Source of the DNA: a bacterium
Lineage (GTDB): Bacteria > Zhuqueibacterota > Zhuqueibacteria > Zhuqueibacterales > Zhuqueibacteraceae
DNA length: 64,000 nucleotides
NCBI GenBank assembly: GCA_044869275.1
Contig: JBIOXB010000048.1
Coordinates: 18,441-82,440, forward strand
Reading direction: 5' to 3'
Part shown: piece by piece, positions 30,222 to 39,980 of the stretch
Position numbering within the stretch: the stretch's first letter is position 1
How the letters are laid out: the number at the start of each line of letters is the position of its first letter
The notes under the pieces: model-generated
What the model was told of the DNA's origin: nothing
The model's database searches: none
What the model saw: the letters and a program-made list of their open reading frames with translations, nothing else
Position numbers and translations under genes: made by a program

Positions 30222-30611
30222 GGGCGCGCGTGTTGGTTGAGCTTCGGAGAATTGGGACGGGTGTTTGGCGGCCGCCGAGGCGACACGACTTCTCAACAGC
30301 CTTGCACCGTGGCAACGTTGATTGCTGAGATTGCGTTAGAGCAGATCAAATAGAGTGCCAAGCACTGCGGAGTTTTGAAGGGAGGCTATCTGTGGGCAGA
30401 GTTGTGATTTAGCGAAAGTGAAGCCGCACGTGGATGGTGTTCTCCAGCGGCCACATCCTTCGCTAAGAATAGCGAGTCCTTGCGGTGATTGTTTGCGCAG
30501 GAGTTGGGCTCGCTGAAACTCGTGTCCAAAGCCGGAGCCGGCATGGATCGCGGAGGTTCGATCGCGGCCCTTTTTGCGGAATGAGGTGTGCAGCGAAACA
30601 GGGGATACCGG

Positions 30612-31019
30612 CTATTCGAATTGTCGTGTCGCATTCCAATGCCGAATGTGTTCGATAATATCGCGCGTGTCCGTGCCCGGGCCGAAGACCCGGCTCACGC
30701 CTTGTTGCTCGAGCTCTTTCGCGTCGTCGGGCGGAATCGTGCCGCCGGCGAGCACGAGCACGTCCTCCATTTGATTCTTTTTGAGCAAGTCGATCACGCG
30801 CGGCATCAGCGTCATATGCGCGCCGGAGAGCAAGGAAATGCCGACGACGTCCACATCCTCCTGCAATGCTGCCTCCGCCAGCATTTCCGGGGTTTGGTGC
30901 AAACCGGAATAAATCACTTCGAAGCCGGCATCGCGCAGGGCGCTGGCGATGACCTTCGCACCGCGGTCGTGGCCATCGAGGCCAACCTTTCCCACCAGCA
31001 CTCGAACTTTGCGTTGCAT
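30612..31019 (-). CDS. B12-binding small subunit of an acyl-CoA mutase
   Basis: [10 protein letters not shown] (DxHxxG), SLLSGAH, GGTIP. Confidence 0.92.
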   Translation of the reverse strand: MQRKVRVLVGKVGLDGHDRGAKVIASALRDAGFEVIYSGLHQTPEMLAEAALQEDVDVVGISLLSGAHMTLMPRVIDLLKKNQMEDVLVLAGGTIPPDDAKELEQQGVSRVFGPGTDTRDIIEHIRHWNATRQFE

Positions 31020-31054
31020 AGTATTGCTCCACGAATGGTTTGCCAATCCTACTT

Positions 31055-31145
31055 TTGCTCGTACTCCTACTCCTACTCTTGCTCCTACTCGCTTTGGGAA
31101 GGCGAAAAAACGAGTAAGAGTTAGGGGTGTGAGTATGAGCATGAG
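31055..31145. repeat. Hexamer-based imperfect inverted repeat
   Basis: (TACTCC)n-like tract facing a (GAGTAA/GAGTAT/GAGCAT) tract. Confidence 0.55.
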
Positions 31146-31172
31146 CTGGGTTGAGTTAAGGTGCAACCTTGG

Positions 31173-32837
31173 TCAAAACACCGGCTCTTCCCGCCAAGTG
31201 CCGTACACGCCCTTTAACTCGTTGATGATCTCACCCAACGTGCAATAGGCGCGACTGCAATCAATCAATGCCGGCATGACATTGCGATTTTCTTGAGCCG
31301 TTGATTTGAGCTGCGCCAAAGTTTGCCGCACCGCCGTGTTATTTCGTTCCTTGCGCAGTTTGGCAAGATGGCGCTGCTGCTCTTTTTCCACGGTGGTATC
31401 GATTTTTAAAATCGGGATCTCGAGCTTCTCGTCCGGGTCGGCATAGGCGTTCACGCCGACGATGATGCGCTCTTTCTTTTCGATCTCTTCCTGGTACTTG
31501 CGCGCTGCTGCCGCAATCTCGCGTTGCATAAAGCCTTGTTTGATCGCGGGAATCACGCCGCCGAGCGCGTCGATTTTTTCAAAGTACTCCTCCGCCTCGC
31601 GCTCCATTTGCGAGGTGAGATGTTCGATGAAATACGAGCCACCCAGGGGATCGACGGTGTTGATCACGCCGGTCTCGTGCGCGAGGATTTGCTGCGTGCG
31701 CAGCGCGATCTTCGCGGCCTGTTCTGTGGGCAGCGCCCAGGTTTCATCCAAAGAATTGGTGTGCAGCGATTGCGTGCCGCCGAGCACACCCGCGAGCGCT
31801 TCGATCGCGGTGCGGATGATGTTGTTCATCGGCTGCTGGCCGGTCAACGAGCAGCCCGCCGTCTGCGTATGAAACCGCAGTTTCCACGAGCGCTCGTCTT
31901 TGGCGCCGTACTTTTCGCGCATGCGGCGCGCGTAAATTCTCCGCGCCGCGCGGAATTTGGCAATCTCTTCAAAAAAATCTAAGTGTGAATTGAAGAAGAA
32001 CGACAGGCGCGGGGCGAAATCGTCGAGGTTCAGGCCGGCTTGCATCGCCGCTTCGATATAGGCAAAGCCGTCGGCGAGCGTAAACGCCAGTTCCTGCACC
32101 GCTGTGCTGCCTGCTTCACGAATGTGATAGCCGCTGATCGAAATGGTGTTCCATTCCGGCACATGGCGGGCACAGTATGCGATGGTGTCCACCACCAGCT
32201 TCATCGAAGGCTCGGGCGGGAAAATGAACTCTTTTTGCGCGATGTATTCTTTGAGAATGTCGTTCTGCAGCGTGCCGCGCAATTTGTGCTGCGGCACGCC
32301 CTGCTTTTCCGCCACGCAAATATAGAACGCCAGCAGCACCGCCGCCGGCGAGTTGATGGTCATCGAGGTGCTGACTTTGTCGAGTGGAATGCCCTCGAAC
32401 AGTATTTCCATGTCGCGCAAAGAAGAAATGGCCACGCCGCACACACCCACTTCGCCTTCGGCATGCGGATCATCCGCATCGCGGCCCATCAACGTGGGCA
32501 GATCGAAAGCGGTGGACAACCCGGTCTGGCCATGTTCGAGCAAATATTTGAAGCGCGCATTGGTGTCCGCGGCCGTACCGAAGCCGGCGAACTGCCGCAT
32601 GGTCCACAAGCGCCCGCGATACATGTTGGCGTGCACGCCGCGCGTGTAAGGATACTCTCCGGGGAAGCCGATATCGCGCTTGAAATCGAGCTGCTCGATA
32701 TCCTCCGGCCCATAGAGATCGTGAATCGGCACGCTGGAGGTGGTCATGAATTTGCCGGGGCGCTCTTTGAGCTGCGCGCGCGTTTCTTTCTCCCAGCGTT
32801 CGCGCTCGTGGCGATTGGAGGTCGGGTCGAGAGACAT
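31173..32837 (-). CDS. Acyl-CoA mutase large subunit (isobutyryl-CoA mutase-like residues)
   Basis: [44 protein letters not shown]; no fused B12 domain. Confidence 0.92.
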   Translation of the reverse strand: MSLDPTSNRHERERWEKETRAQLKERPGKFMTTSSVPIHDLYGPEDIEQLDFKRDIGFPGEYPYTRGVHANMYRGRLWTMRQFAGFGTAADTNARFKYLLEHGQTGLSTAFDLPTLMGRDADDPHAEGEVGVCGVAISSLRDMEILFEGIPLDKVSTSMTINSPAAVLLAFYICVAEKQGVPQHKLRGTLQNDILKEYIAQKEFIFPPEPSMKLVVDTIAYCARHVPEWNTISISGYHIREAGSTAVQELAFTLADGFAYIEAAMQAGLNLDDFAPRLSFFFNSHLDFFEEIAKFRAARRIYARRMREKYGAKDERSWKLRFHTQTAGCSLTGQQPMNNIIRTAIEALAGVLGGTQSLHTNSLDETWALPTEQAAKIALRTQQILAHETGVINTVDPLGGSYFIEHLTSQMEREAEEYFEKIDALGGVIPAIKQGFMQREIAAAARKYQEEIEKKERIIVGVNAYADPDEKLEIPILKIDTTVEKEQQRHLAKLRKERNNTAVRQTLAQLKSTAQENRNVMPALIDCSRAYCTLGEIINELKGVYGTWREEPVF

Positions 32838-32909
32838 GGTCAACTCCGCGGGTTATGAGTGACAGCCAAGGCTTTGTGTTTTGAGTTTTTCGTTTCCGGC
32901 CTATCCGGG

Positions 32910-33872
32910 TTAGGCCGTTATGCGAATCGAAGCGCGGTACTTCTTCATCAACTCCGCCGCGATGCGATGCGGCGAAAGCCGCTGGTCGTTGAAATTCATC
33001 AAACTGTCGTGCAAGAGGCGCCGGGCTTCTTCGTCCCAGAATTCTTGCTTGAGCTGCCGGCTCACCAGGGCGCGCACGGTTTTTTCGAGGCGGTCGCGGC
33101 GCTTGGCTGACAGGCGGCCGTCTTGTTCATTGAATGCGCGGTGGCTGCAAATTTTTTCCCACAATTCCTCGAGGCCCTGGCCGTGCACCGCGATGGTGGA
33201 AAGCACGGGCGGAGGCCACGGCGCCGCCGGCCGCAAATGCAAGATCGCCTGCAACTCGCTCAGGGCGCGCGACGCGCCCTCGCGATCGGATTTATTCATG
33301 ACAAAAATATCCGCAATCTCCATCAGGCCGGCCTTCATCGCCTGCACAGCATCCCCGCTTTCGGGCACGAGCACGACCACGACCGTGTCAGCGGCTTCGA
33401 CGATATCCAATTCGGACTGGCCCACGCCCACGGTCTCATAAATGACGAAATCCTTGCCGAAGGCATCGAGCACGTCACCCGCCTCACGCGCTTTTTGCGA
33501 CAGCCCGCCGAGCGAGCCGCGCGTGGCCATGCTGCGAATGAACACGCCGGCATCGGTGGCGAGATCGTTCATGCGCACGCGATCGCCCAGGAGCGCGCCG
33601 CCGGTAAATGGACTGGTGGGATCGACCGCAACAATGCCGGCGGTGAAGCCGTTCTTGCGCAGCAGCTTGGCCAGTTGATCCACCACCGAGGATTTGCCCG
33701 CGCCCGGCGGGCCGGTGATGCCAAGCCGGTAGGCGCGGCCGACCCGGGGATAAATGGCATCCAAAAGCTCGGGCGCGCCGGGCGCCTCATTTTCAACGGC
33801 AGAGATAATTTTTGCCAAAGCCCGCCGCGAGCCGCTGGAGAACTGTTCGATCAGTTTATGATTGAAGGGCAT
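32910..33872 (-). CDS. meaB: MeaB/ArgK mutase-associated GTPase
   Basis: [43 protein letters not shown]. Confidence 0.93.
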   Translation of the reverse strand: MPFNHKLIEQFSSGSRRALAKIISAVENEAPGAPELLDAIYPRVGRAYRLGITGPPGAGKSSVVDQLAKLLRKNGFTAGIVAVDPTSPFTGGALLGDRVRMNDLATDAGVFIRSMATRGSLGGLSQKAREAGDVLDAFGKDFVIYETVGVGQSELDIVEAADTVVVVLVPESGDAVQAMKAGLMEIADIFVMNKSDREGASRALSELQAILHLRPAAPWPPPVLSTIAVHGQGLEELWEKICSHRAFNEQDGRLSAKRRDRLEKTVRALVSRQLKQEFWDEEARRLLHDSLMNFNDQRLSPHRIAAELMKKYRASIRITA

Positions 33873-34758
33873 CTTGTTGTTGTTTTGCCGCTTTCACGTG
33901 TTCGGTGTGTTTCGTGGGAAGTGAGGCGACAGATTTGGCATCTGGTTTTTGCAATTCCCACAACTTCGCATACTTGGCGAACACATATGCGGCGGACAAT
34001 CGCGCCAGGATGAATCCCGCCATGCCATCCAGGAATCCCGTTTTCAAAACGTACATGCGCAGAAAAAACCAGGCGGGCCGCAGCCACAAATCCCACCAAT
34101 GAAATCTCCGCCCTCCGCGTTGCAGCTCCTCTGCTGCCAGCGAAGTATAGCGATTGAATTTTTCGAAATAGTGCGCAAGATGAGGATCGGTGAAATGCAG
34201 CAAATGATTCTGCAAACGCCCGATCTTGCCCTGGATTTGCACGCCCTCATGCACGGCGCGGTCGTTGAAGCTGGCGTCTTCCCGCCGAAACAATCGCACA
34301 ACATGGCCCGGATACCAGCCGCCGTACACGATCCATTTTCCCAGGAAATTCGCCAGCCGGGGAATTTCGTAACCTGCGCACGAAGGCCGTTGCGCCAGCA
34401 TCCCGCAAATTTCGTCGCGCAATTCCGGCGTCACGCGCTCGTCGGCGTCGATCCACAACACCCATTCACACTCGCATTGCGCCAGCGCAAAGTTTTTCGC
34501 CGGCGCATACCCTTGCCAGGGGCGCACAAAAGTCTTATCGGTGTATTCCCTGGCGAGCTCGGCGGTGCCATCGTCACTTTCCGCATCCACGATCACGATT
34601 TCTTGCACCCAATTCAACGAGGCCAGGCACTCGGGCAGATTGTGCGCTTCGTTTTTGGTGATGATGATGGCCGAGAGCCTCGGGGCCTCTTGATCCTCTT
34701 TCGTTTCCGGAGAGGAGAGTACCGCCGGCACTGGCTTGTCGAGAGTGAAAGTGCTCAT
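33856..34758 (-). CDS. Glycosyltransferase family 2 (LPS core type)
   Basis: IITKNEA, DAESDDGT, WIDADER, VHE, GFLDG. Confidence 0.88.
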   Translation of the reverse strand: MSTFTLDKPVPAVLSSPETKEDQEAPRLSAIIITKNEAHNLPECLASLNWVQEIVIVDAESDDGTAELAREYTDKTFVRPWQGYAPAKNFALAQCECEWVLWIDADERVTPELRDEICGMLAQRPSCAGYEIPRLANFLGKWIVYGGWYPGHVVRLFRREDASFNDRAVHEGVQIQGKIGRLQNHLLHFTDPHLAHYFEKFNRYTSLAAEELQRGGRRFHWWDLWLRPAWFFLRMYVLKTGFLDGMAGFILARLSAAYVFAKYAKLWELQKPDAKSVASLPTKHTEHVKAAKQQQDALQS

Positions 34759-35135
34759 CGGGAAGCAACGTTTGCGCGTGCTGATGCCTTGCCGCGGCGC
34801 TTTGCGCGTTTCGAGTTTTCCGCGAGCTTTTGTTGCAGCCAACGATTGACCAGTGTTTCGCAAGAGATGCCGCGTTGCCGCGCGACTTTCGCAATCTTTC
34901 CCGCCAGTTCCTCTTCCAGCCGGAGACTTTGGGGCGCGGGAGCGACGGCCACGTTTTTGACTTCGCGAAACTCTTCAAGATAGTCTGTCAAATCGTGTGT
35001 GTCCCAAAACTCCGCCGCCGCTTCCATGCTTTTGAATTGATCAGGAATCACGTCGCGAGCCTTGGACTTGACATTTTTTCTGGCTCGAATTTCAGCGTTT
35101 GACTTTTGCATAATACTTGCGCTCACTTTTGGCAT
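34755..35135 (-). CDS. CopG/BrnA-like antitoxin (orphan)
   Basis: IPDQFKSMEAAAEFWDTHDLTDY and a C-terminal RHH-like segment (ARQRGISCETLVNRWL). Confidence 0.75.
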   Translation of the reverse strand: MPKVSASIMQKSNAEIRARKNVKSKARDVIPDQFKSMEAAAEFWDTHDLTDYLEEFREVKNVAVAPAPQSLRLEEELAGKIAKVARQRGISCETLVNRWLQQKLAENSKRAKRRGKASARANVASR

Positions 35136-36332
35136 TCACACCACCATTTCAAACGTTGATGCCGGCGTTGCAGCAACCCGCCTCGATTCTGTGCTGCTCA
35201 TCGCATGTATTTTCTGCACCGCCGCGACGATCCATTCCGGCTTGAATTCCGTCACACAAATCGGGCCATGGGGCATGTCACAGACCTTTTTCCAGCACGG
35301 CGCGCAGGGCAAGTCGCGAATGATTTTCACGCCGCGATCGTACAAATCGATCTCCGCCGCGCAAGAAAGCCCGAACCACGCGACCACGTGCTTTTTCAAT
35401 GCGATCGCGAGATGCATGCCCAGCGAATCGCCGCTGACCACGAGGTCCGCGAGGTTCTCCAAAATCATGCCCTCGCGCAAACCCAGGGTGGTCGGAGTGG
35501 GAATGGCGAAGCTGCCCGTTAGTTCGGCGAGGCGTTGATTGCGTTCCGTATCTTCGCGGCCGCCGAGCAAAATGAATTTTGCCTGCGGGTAGATTTCAGC
35601 AAGCTGCCGGATGGCAGCAGCCTGGGTTTCGATTTCGAGCTTCTTCAGCGAAAAAAGCTGCGAACAGCCGGTGTTGAAACCGATCACCCAATCTGCTTTT
35701 GACAAACCCAGCTCGCGGCGCCAGCGCTCGCCCTTGGCCCGTTCCGCTTCGGTCACCTGCAAAATATATTCGTCACGGCGATAATCGATTTCCCAGGCTT
35801 CCCCGAGCATGTCGTTGCCGCTGCGGCGATTGACGCGAAATTTGAAGTGATCGTCTACGCCCAGGCGATAGAGGTATTCCGCTCCCGCATTCAACGGAAT
35901 AATCGCGCCGTTGGCGTTCAAGCCAAAGCCGCGCTTGCTTTCCGCGTTCACGAGATTCATGAACCCCGCGGCGGGACGGCTTTTGTCGGCATTGAGCGCG
36001 ATTTCAAAACGCTGTTGCAGCAGCACCATGCGGTTTTCATCATTCCATTCCACAAGATGATCGATGAGCAAATTGTTTTGCAGCAGCGCCAGCGCATTGC
36101 CGCGCGTGATCCAGGTGATGTGGCTGTCGGGGCAGGCATGTTTGATCGCCGGCAATTGCGCCGTGGTCGCGAGCACCGTGCCCAGCGCGTCGAGGTTGAC
36201 GATCAAAATGCGCGTGCCCATGGGAACGCGATCCTGGCAGCCTTCACATAATTTGAATGGCACGCAGGGCTTGTAGCCGGTAAACAGACGGCAATCCGGA
36301 ACGAGGGTTTTGGGTTGATAAGATTGTTTCAT
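35136..36332 (-). CDS. Glycosyltransferase family 9 (heptosyltransferase-like)
   Basis: DALGTVL, SGDSLGMHLAIAL, FG, CAPC. Confidence 0.88.
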   Translation of the reverse strand: MKQSYQPKTLVPDCRLFTGYKPCVPFKLCEGCQDRVPMGTRILIVNLDALGTVLATTAQLPAIKHACPDSHITWITRGNALALLQNNLLIDHLVEWNDENRMVLLQQRFEIALNADKSRPAAGFMNLVNAESKRGFGLNANGAIIPLNAGAEYLYRLGVDDHFKFRVNRRSGNDMLGEAWEIDYRRDEYILQVTEAERAKGERWRRELGLSKADWVIGFNTGCSQLFSLKKLEIETQAAAIRQLAEIYPQAKFILLGGREDTERNQRLAELTGSFAIPTPTTLGLREGMILENLADLVVSGDSLGMHLAIALKKHVVAWFGLSCAAEIDLYDRGVKIIRDLPCAPCWKKVCDMPHGPICVTEFKPEWIVAAVQKIHAMSSTESRRVAATPASTFEMVV

Positions 36333-36405
36333 AACGATTGAATTTTGCCACGAAACTTAAAGATTCGGGCTTTGAAGTGCAAGGGGAAAGTGGGTGTTTG
36401 GCCCG

Positions 36406-36475
36406 TGGATGGTGGATGATAGATCGTGGGTAGAAGATAGATGATCGATGATCGATGATCGAGGATCGAGGATCG
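36406..36475 (+). repeat. Degenerate 7-mer tandem repeat
   Basis: GATGATC/GATCGAG units, e.g. gatgatcgatgatcgatgatcgaggatcgaggatcg. Confidence 0.6.
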
Positions 36476-36572
36476 CAAACCTGAATACACTGCACACCGT
36501 TATGTTGAAATCTGTATTTAGAAAAAAGAGATTGTTTTGCATACAAATCTCGTGTATCCTTTTGCAGGATTT

Positions 36573-37554
36573 TATGGAGAAAATCATGCTACCGGAGCTC
36601 CGCGTTTTGCCGCTGCCCACGCCGTTTCCCGTGGGGCCGGTGAATGTTTATCTGGCCGAAGGCGAACCGTTGACGTTGATCGATACCGGCCCAAAGTACG
36701 AAGCCTCGCGGCAAGCGTTGCAAGCGGGATTGGCGTTGCACGGTTATCGGTTCGATGATTTGCAGCAGATCGTATTGACGCATCATCATGTCGATCATAT
36801 CGGTTTGGCCGCAAAAATTGTGGCGCGCTCGGGCGCAAAAATTTTGACGCACTCCTATAATTTGCCCTGGCTCGAGAATTTTACAGAAAGATTCGACACC
36901 GACGCCGGCTTTTATCGCCGGTTTTATGAAGCGAATGGTGTGCCCCCGGAGACCATCGCCGCGATCGCCCGGGTTCGCAGCGACATTTCGCTGTTCGTCG
37001 ATCCGTGCGGAGGTCGCGTCGACATTCTCGCAGAAGGAATGAAAATATTTTTGGCGAAACGAGATTGGGAAGTCTTCCACACACCCGGGCACGCCGGCGG
37101 GCTGATTTGTTTGTGGGAAAAGGAAAGCCGGACGCTGCTCTGCAATGATCACTTGCTGCGTGACGTTTCGTCCAATGCGATCCTGGAGCCGCCGGCTGTT
37201 GCGCATCAACCGCGGCCGAAAAGACTGGTGGAATATCTGCATCACTTGCGCCGAATGGCCGAGCTAGATCCGCAACTGGCTTTGCCCGGGCACGGAGAAG
37301 CGATTTCAAATTTTCGCAGCCTGGTGCACGAGCGCGTCAATTTTCATCATCTCCGCGCGCAACAGATCTATGAAATGCTAACCGAGCGCCCGCGCACACT
37401 GTGGGAAATGACGCAAGCGATGTTTCCGACTTTGCGCCAAGGCATGGATTGGTTTTTGGGGCTGTCGGAAGTGCAGGGGCATTTGGATTGGCTGGAGCAG
37501 GAGGAGAAAATCAAAATGATTCAAAATCGATTTGTGGAATGGCAACGCATGTAG
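36573..37554 (+). CDS. MBL-fold metallo-hydrolase
   Basis: PFPVGPVNVYL, LIDTG, THHHVDHIG, TPGHA, LPGHG. Start approximate. Confidence 0.9.
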
Positions 37555-37702
37555 CTATTTTTGTCTCGTATTCTGCGACAGCCTGATTCGCCGCAATGAC
37601 AGTGAGCTTCCAAGCTCGTAATAAAAAAATTATGCCTGAAAGCATTTGCTGTGAACACTAACTAAGGTAATCGTTTCTCATTTAGAGCATGGGAGTCACT
37701 CC

Positions 37703-38197
37703 ATGGATTACCGCTTCTGCCCGATGTGCGGGCATGCTCTGGAGTTGCCGCCGAATGGAAGAAAGGATAAGCCGCGATGTCTACACTGTAACTTTGTTCA
37801 CTACAATAACCCAAGAGCCTGCGTCAGCGCCATCATTCATCGCCAAAATGAAATTCTCTTCGTGCAGCGCGCGCACGAGCCGTTCAAGCATTATTGGGAT
37901 TTTCCTGGAGGGTTTTTGGAAGCGGGAGAATCACCGGAAGCGGGCCTGCGGCGCGAGGTGCGGGAGGAGTTGCAGATTGAGATCAATATCTTAAAGTTAT
38001 GGAAGGCTTATGCGGATACTTATGGGCCGGAGAATACGCCCTTGGTGATTATTTATTATGTTTGTACACCAGGAGAAGGCATGATTCACCAGCAAGAGGA
38101 AATTGCGGACGTGCGTTGGTTTACATTAAACAAACCTCCAGAGAAGCTGGCTTTCAACCATATTCCTTCTGTGTTATCAGATTTGAGAAAGCAGTGA
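37703..38197 (+). CDS. NUDIX hydrolase with N-terminal zinc ribbon
   Basis: FCPMCG...CLHC, FPGGFLEAGESPEAGLRREVREEL. Confidence 0.88.
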   Translation: MDYRFCPMCGHALELPPNGRKDKPRCLHCNFVHYNNPRACVSAIIHRQNEILFVQRAHEPFKHYWDFPGGFLEAGESPEAGLRREVREELQIEINILKLWKAYADTYGPENTPLVIIYYVCTPGEGMIHQQEEIADVRWFTLNKPPEKLAFNHIPSVLSDLRKQ

Positions 38198-38315
38198 GCA
38201 TCACGCGGCAGAAAGCTAGAATGTTTTGGTCCCAATTTTAACTGCTGCAGAGTGGCAAAAATCAGAGTAGTGTCATGCTTGAAGGTAAAGGTGAGATCGA
38301 AAACATCAGAATCGT

Positions 38316-39806
38316 TTATCGGCGAGCTTGTGAAAAAACCTCGGGCTTCAAAGATTCGAAACCGGTATTTTCGTCGAACTTGCCAGAGCTGGGTGAGCCA
38401 GATTGGAAGCTGTTCTGGTTTTGTGAGGCGGTAGATGCCCGTTTTGACAGAAAGACTTGTTGAGATTGCTTTTTGGAGTGCTCGTGAAGCTCAACGAAAA
38501 CTTTGCAAACTCTCTCCACCTGCTCATTTGAAAGTTTTGCATGCATAGGTAAACAAAGAACCTGATCGGCCAAAGTTTCGCTGTGAAGCAATGTTATATC
38601 ATCAAAGTTACGGTAGGCTCTGGTTTTGTGCAAAATGGGATAAAAATACCTTTTGTACTCGATATTTTCCTCCGCAAGCCGATGACAGGCTTTTGCAGTA
38701 TCTATCCCGGCTTGATCGGAATCAATTCGAATCGCAAAATTACAGTAATTCATCTCGCTTTCTTCGACCTCTGCTTGGCATGAGACCCCGGAAAGATTTT
38801 GCAGTCCCAGTTTGTAAAGTTCCGCCAAGTCGTGGCGTCTCGCAATATTTGAATCCATCTTCTCGAGTGCCTTGAGCGCCAAGACGGCATGCACTTCGCT
38901 CAACTTGCCGTTATAACCATAAAAAGGGCAGTCACTTCGATCCGGCGAATAACCGTAGTTGCGCATGCAAACAATTTGATCTGCCAACAAGTCGTTATTC
39001 GTTGCAATAAAACCGCCCTCGCCGGCGCTGACGATTTTAGTTACACTCATGCTAAAGACCTCTGCGTCGCCGCGAGAGCCGAGATATTGGCCCTGGTATT
39101 TTGAGCCCATGGCCGGCGCTGAATCAAAGAATAGTTTGATCTTTTCCTTTTTAGCTAAATTTTCTAATTGTGCAATTCTGCAGGGGTTGCCAAAAATATT
39201 GACGGCTAAAATGGCGGAAGTACGATCATTGATCTTGGCAAGGAGATCTTCTAAAGAAATAGTGAAGGTTAAAGGATCAATATCGACAAAGCGCGGGATT
39301 AGGTTTGCATGAATAACGGCATGTGCCGTGGCGGGAAAGGTGAAGCTCGGCAACAACACTTCCGACTGTTGCGGCAAAGTTGATAAAAGTACTTGCAAGC
39401 CAGTGGTGGCATTGGGAACAGTTAGAATGTGCCGGACGCCAAGTTTCTGCTGAAGCCTATGCTCCAGCAGTTGTGAGTATTTCCCAAAATTTGAAAGTTG
39501 ACCGGATTGTAATATCTCGTTGAGATCGTTTTGAATTTCTGATATATTTTCGCAGATTACGGGATAAGAGAATCTGACTTTTTCCGGCTGCCCCTCTTTT
39601 CCATTTGCCGGCTTTCTGCAAGCAAGGGAATCGCTTAACTCAGATTTGTGGCCATTGGCAAACACATCTTTGGAGGCGATTGGATACCGTAACGTTGGTT
39701 CGCATCCATTTGTAGACTTGTCTCCGGATGCGAAAGATTCCAAGAGCCCGGCTTCATGTCCATTTGTATCTGCAGCGATTTTCATACGGAGACTCCGTCT
39801 CGACAA
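38316..39806 (-). CDS. DegT/DnrJ/EryC1/StrS aminotransferase with terminal extensions
   Basis: NATTGL, PSFTFPAT, FSMSVTK..GEGG (PLP Lys), GYNGKLSE, LCLPMH; AT-richer than neighbours. Confidence 0.85.
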   Translation of the reverse strand: MSRRSLRMKIAADTNGHEAGLLESFASGDKSTNGCEPTLRYPIASKDVFANGHKSELSDSLACRKPANGKEGQPEKVRFSYPVICENISEIQNDLNEILQSGQLSNFGKYSQLLEHRLQQKLGVRHILTVPNATTGLQVLLSTLPQQSEVLLPSFTFPATAHAVIHANLIPRFVDIDPLTFTISLEDLLAKINDRTSAILAVNIFGNPCRIAQLENLAKKEKIKLFFDSAPAMGSKYQGQYLGSRGDAEVFSMSVTKIVSAGEGGFIATNNDLLADQIVCMRNYGYSPDRSDCPFYGYNGKLSEVHAVLALKALEKMDSNIARRHDLAELYKLGLQNLSGVSCQAEVEESEMNYCNFAIRIDSDQAGIDTAKACHRLAEENIEYKRYFYPILHKTRAYRNFDDITLLHSETLADQVLCLPMHAKLSNEQVERVCKVFVELHEHSKKQSQQVFLSKRASTASQNQNSFQSGSPSSGKFDENTGFESLKPEVFSQARR

Positions 39807-39980
39807 AAATTTTCTACTCGATCCTTCGAGCCCACCAATTAGAAAACAAACTATTTCTGGCGTATTATTCTAGCCGCGGTCATGCGAAAGTGCAGAAAAT
39901 CTGCAAAAATGACAATACATTCAAGCGGCAAAAAGGATTTTGGCAGATAATGACAGATCGTTTACATTATAAAAACTTCC

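Noticed and set aside
31055..36475. CRISPR array from the short repeats at 31055-31145 and 36406-36475
   Set aside because: These are 6-7-mer degenerate tandem repeats without unique spacers; no cas genes.
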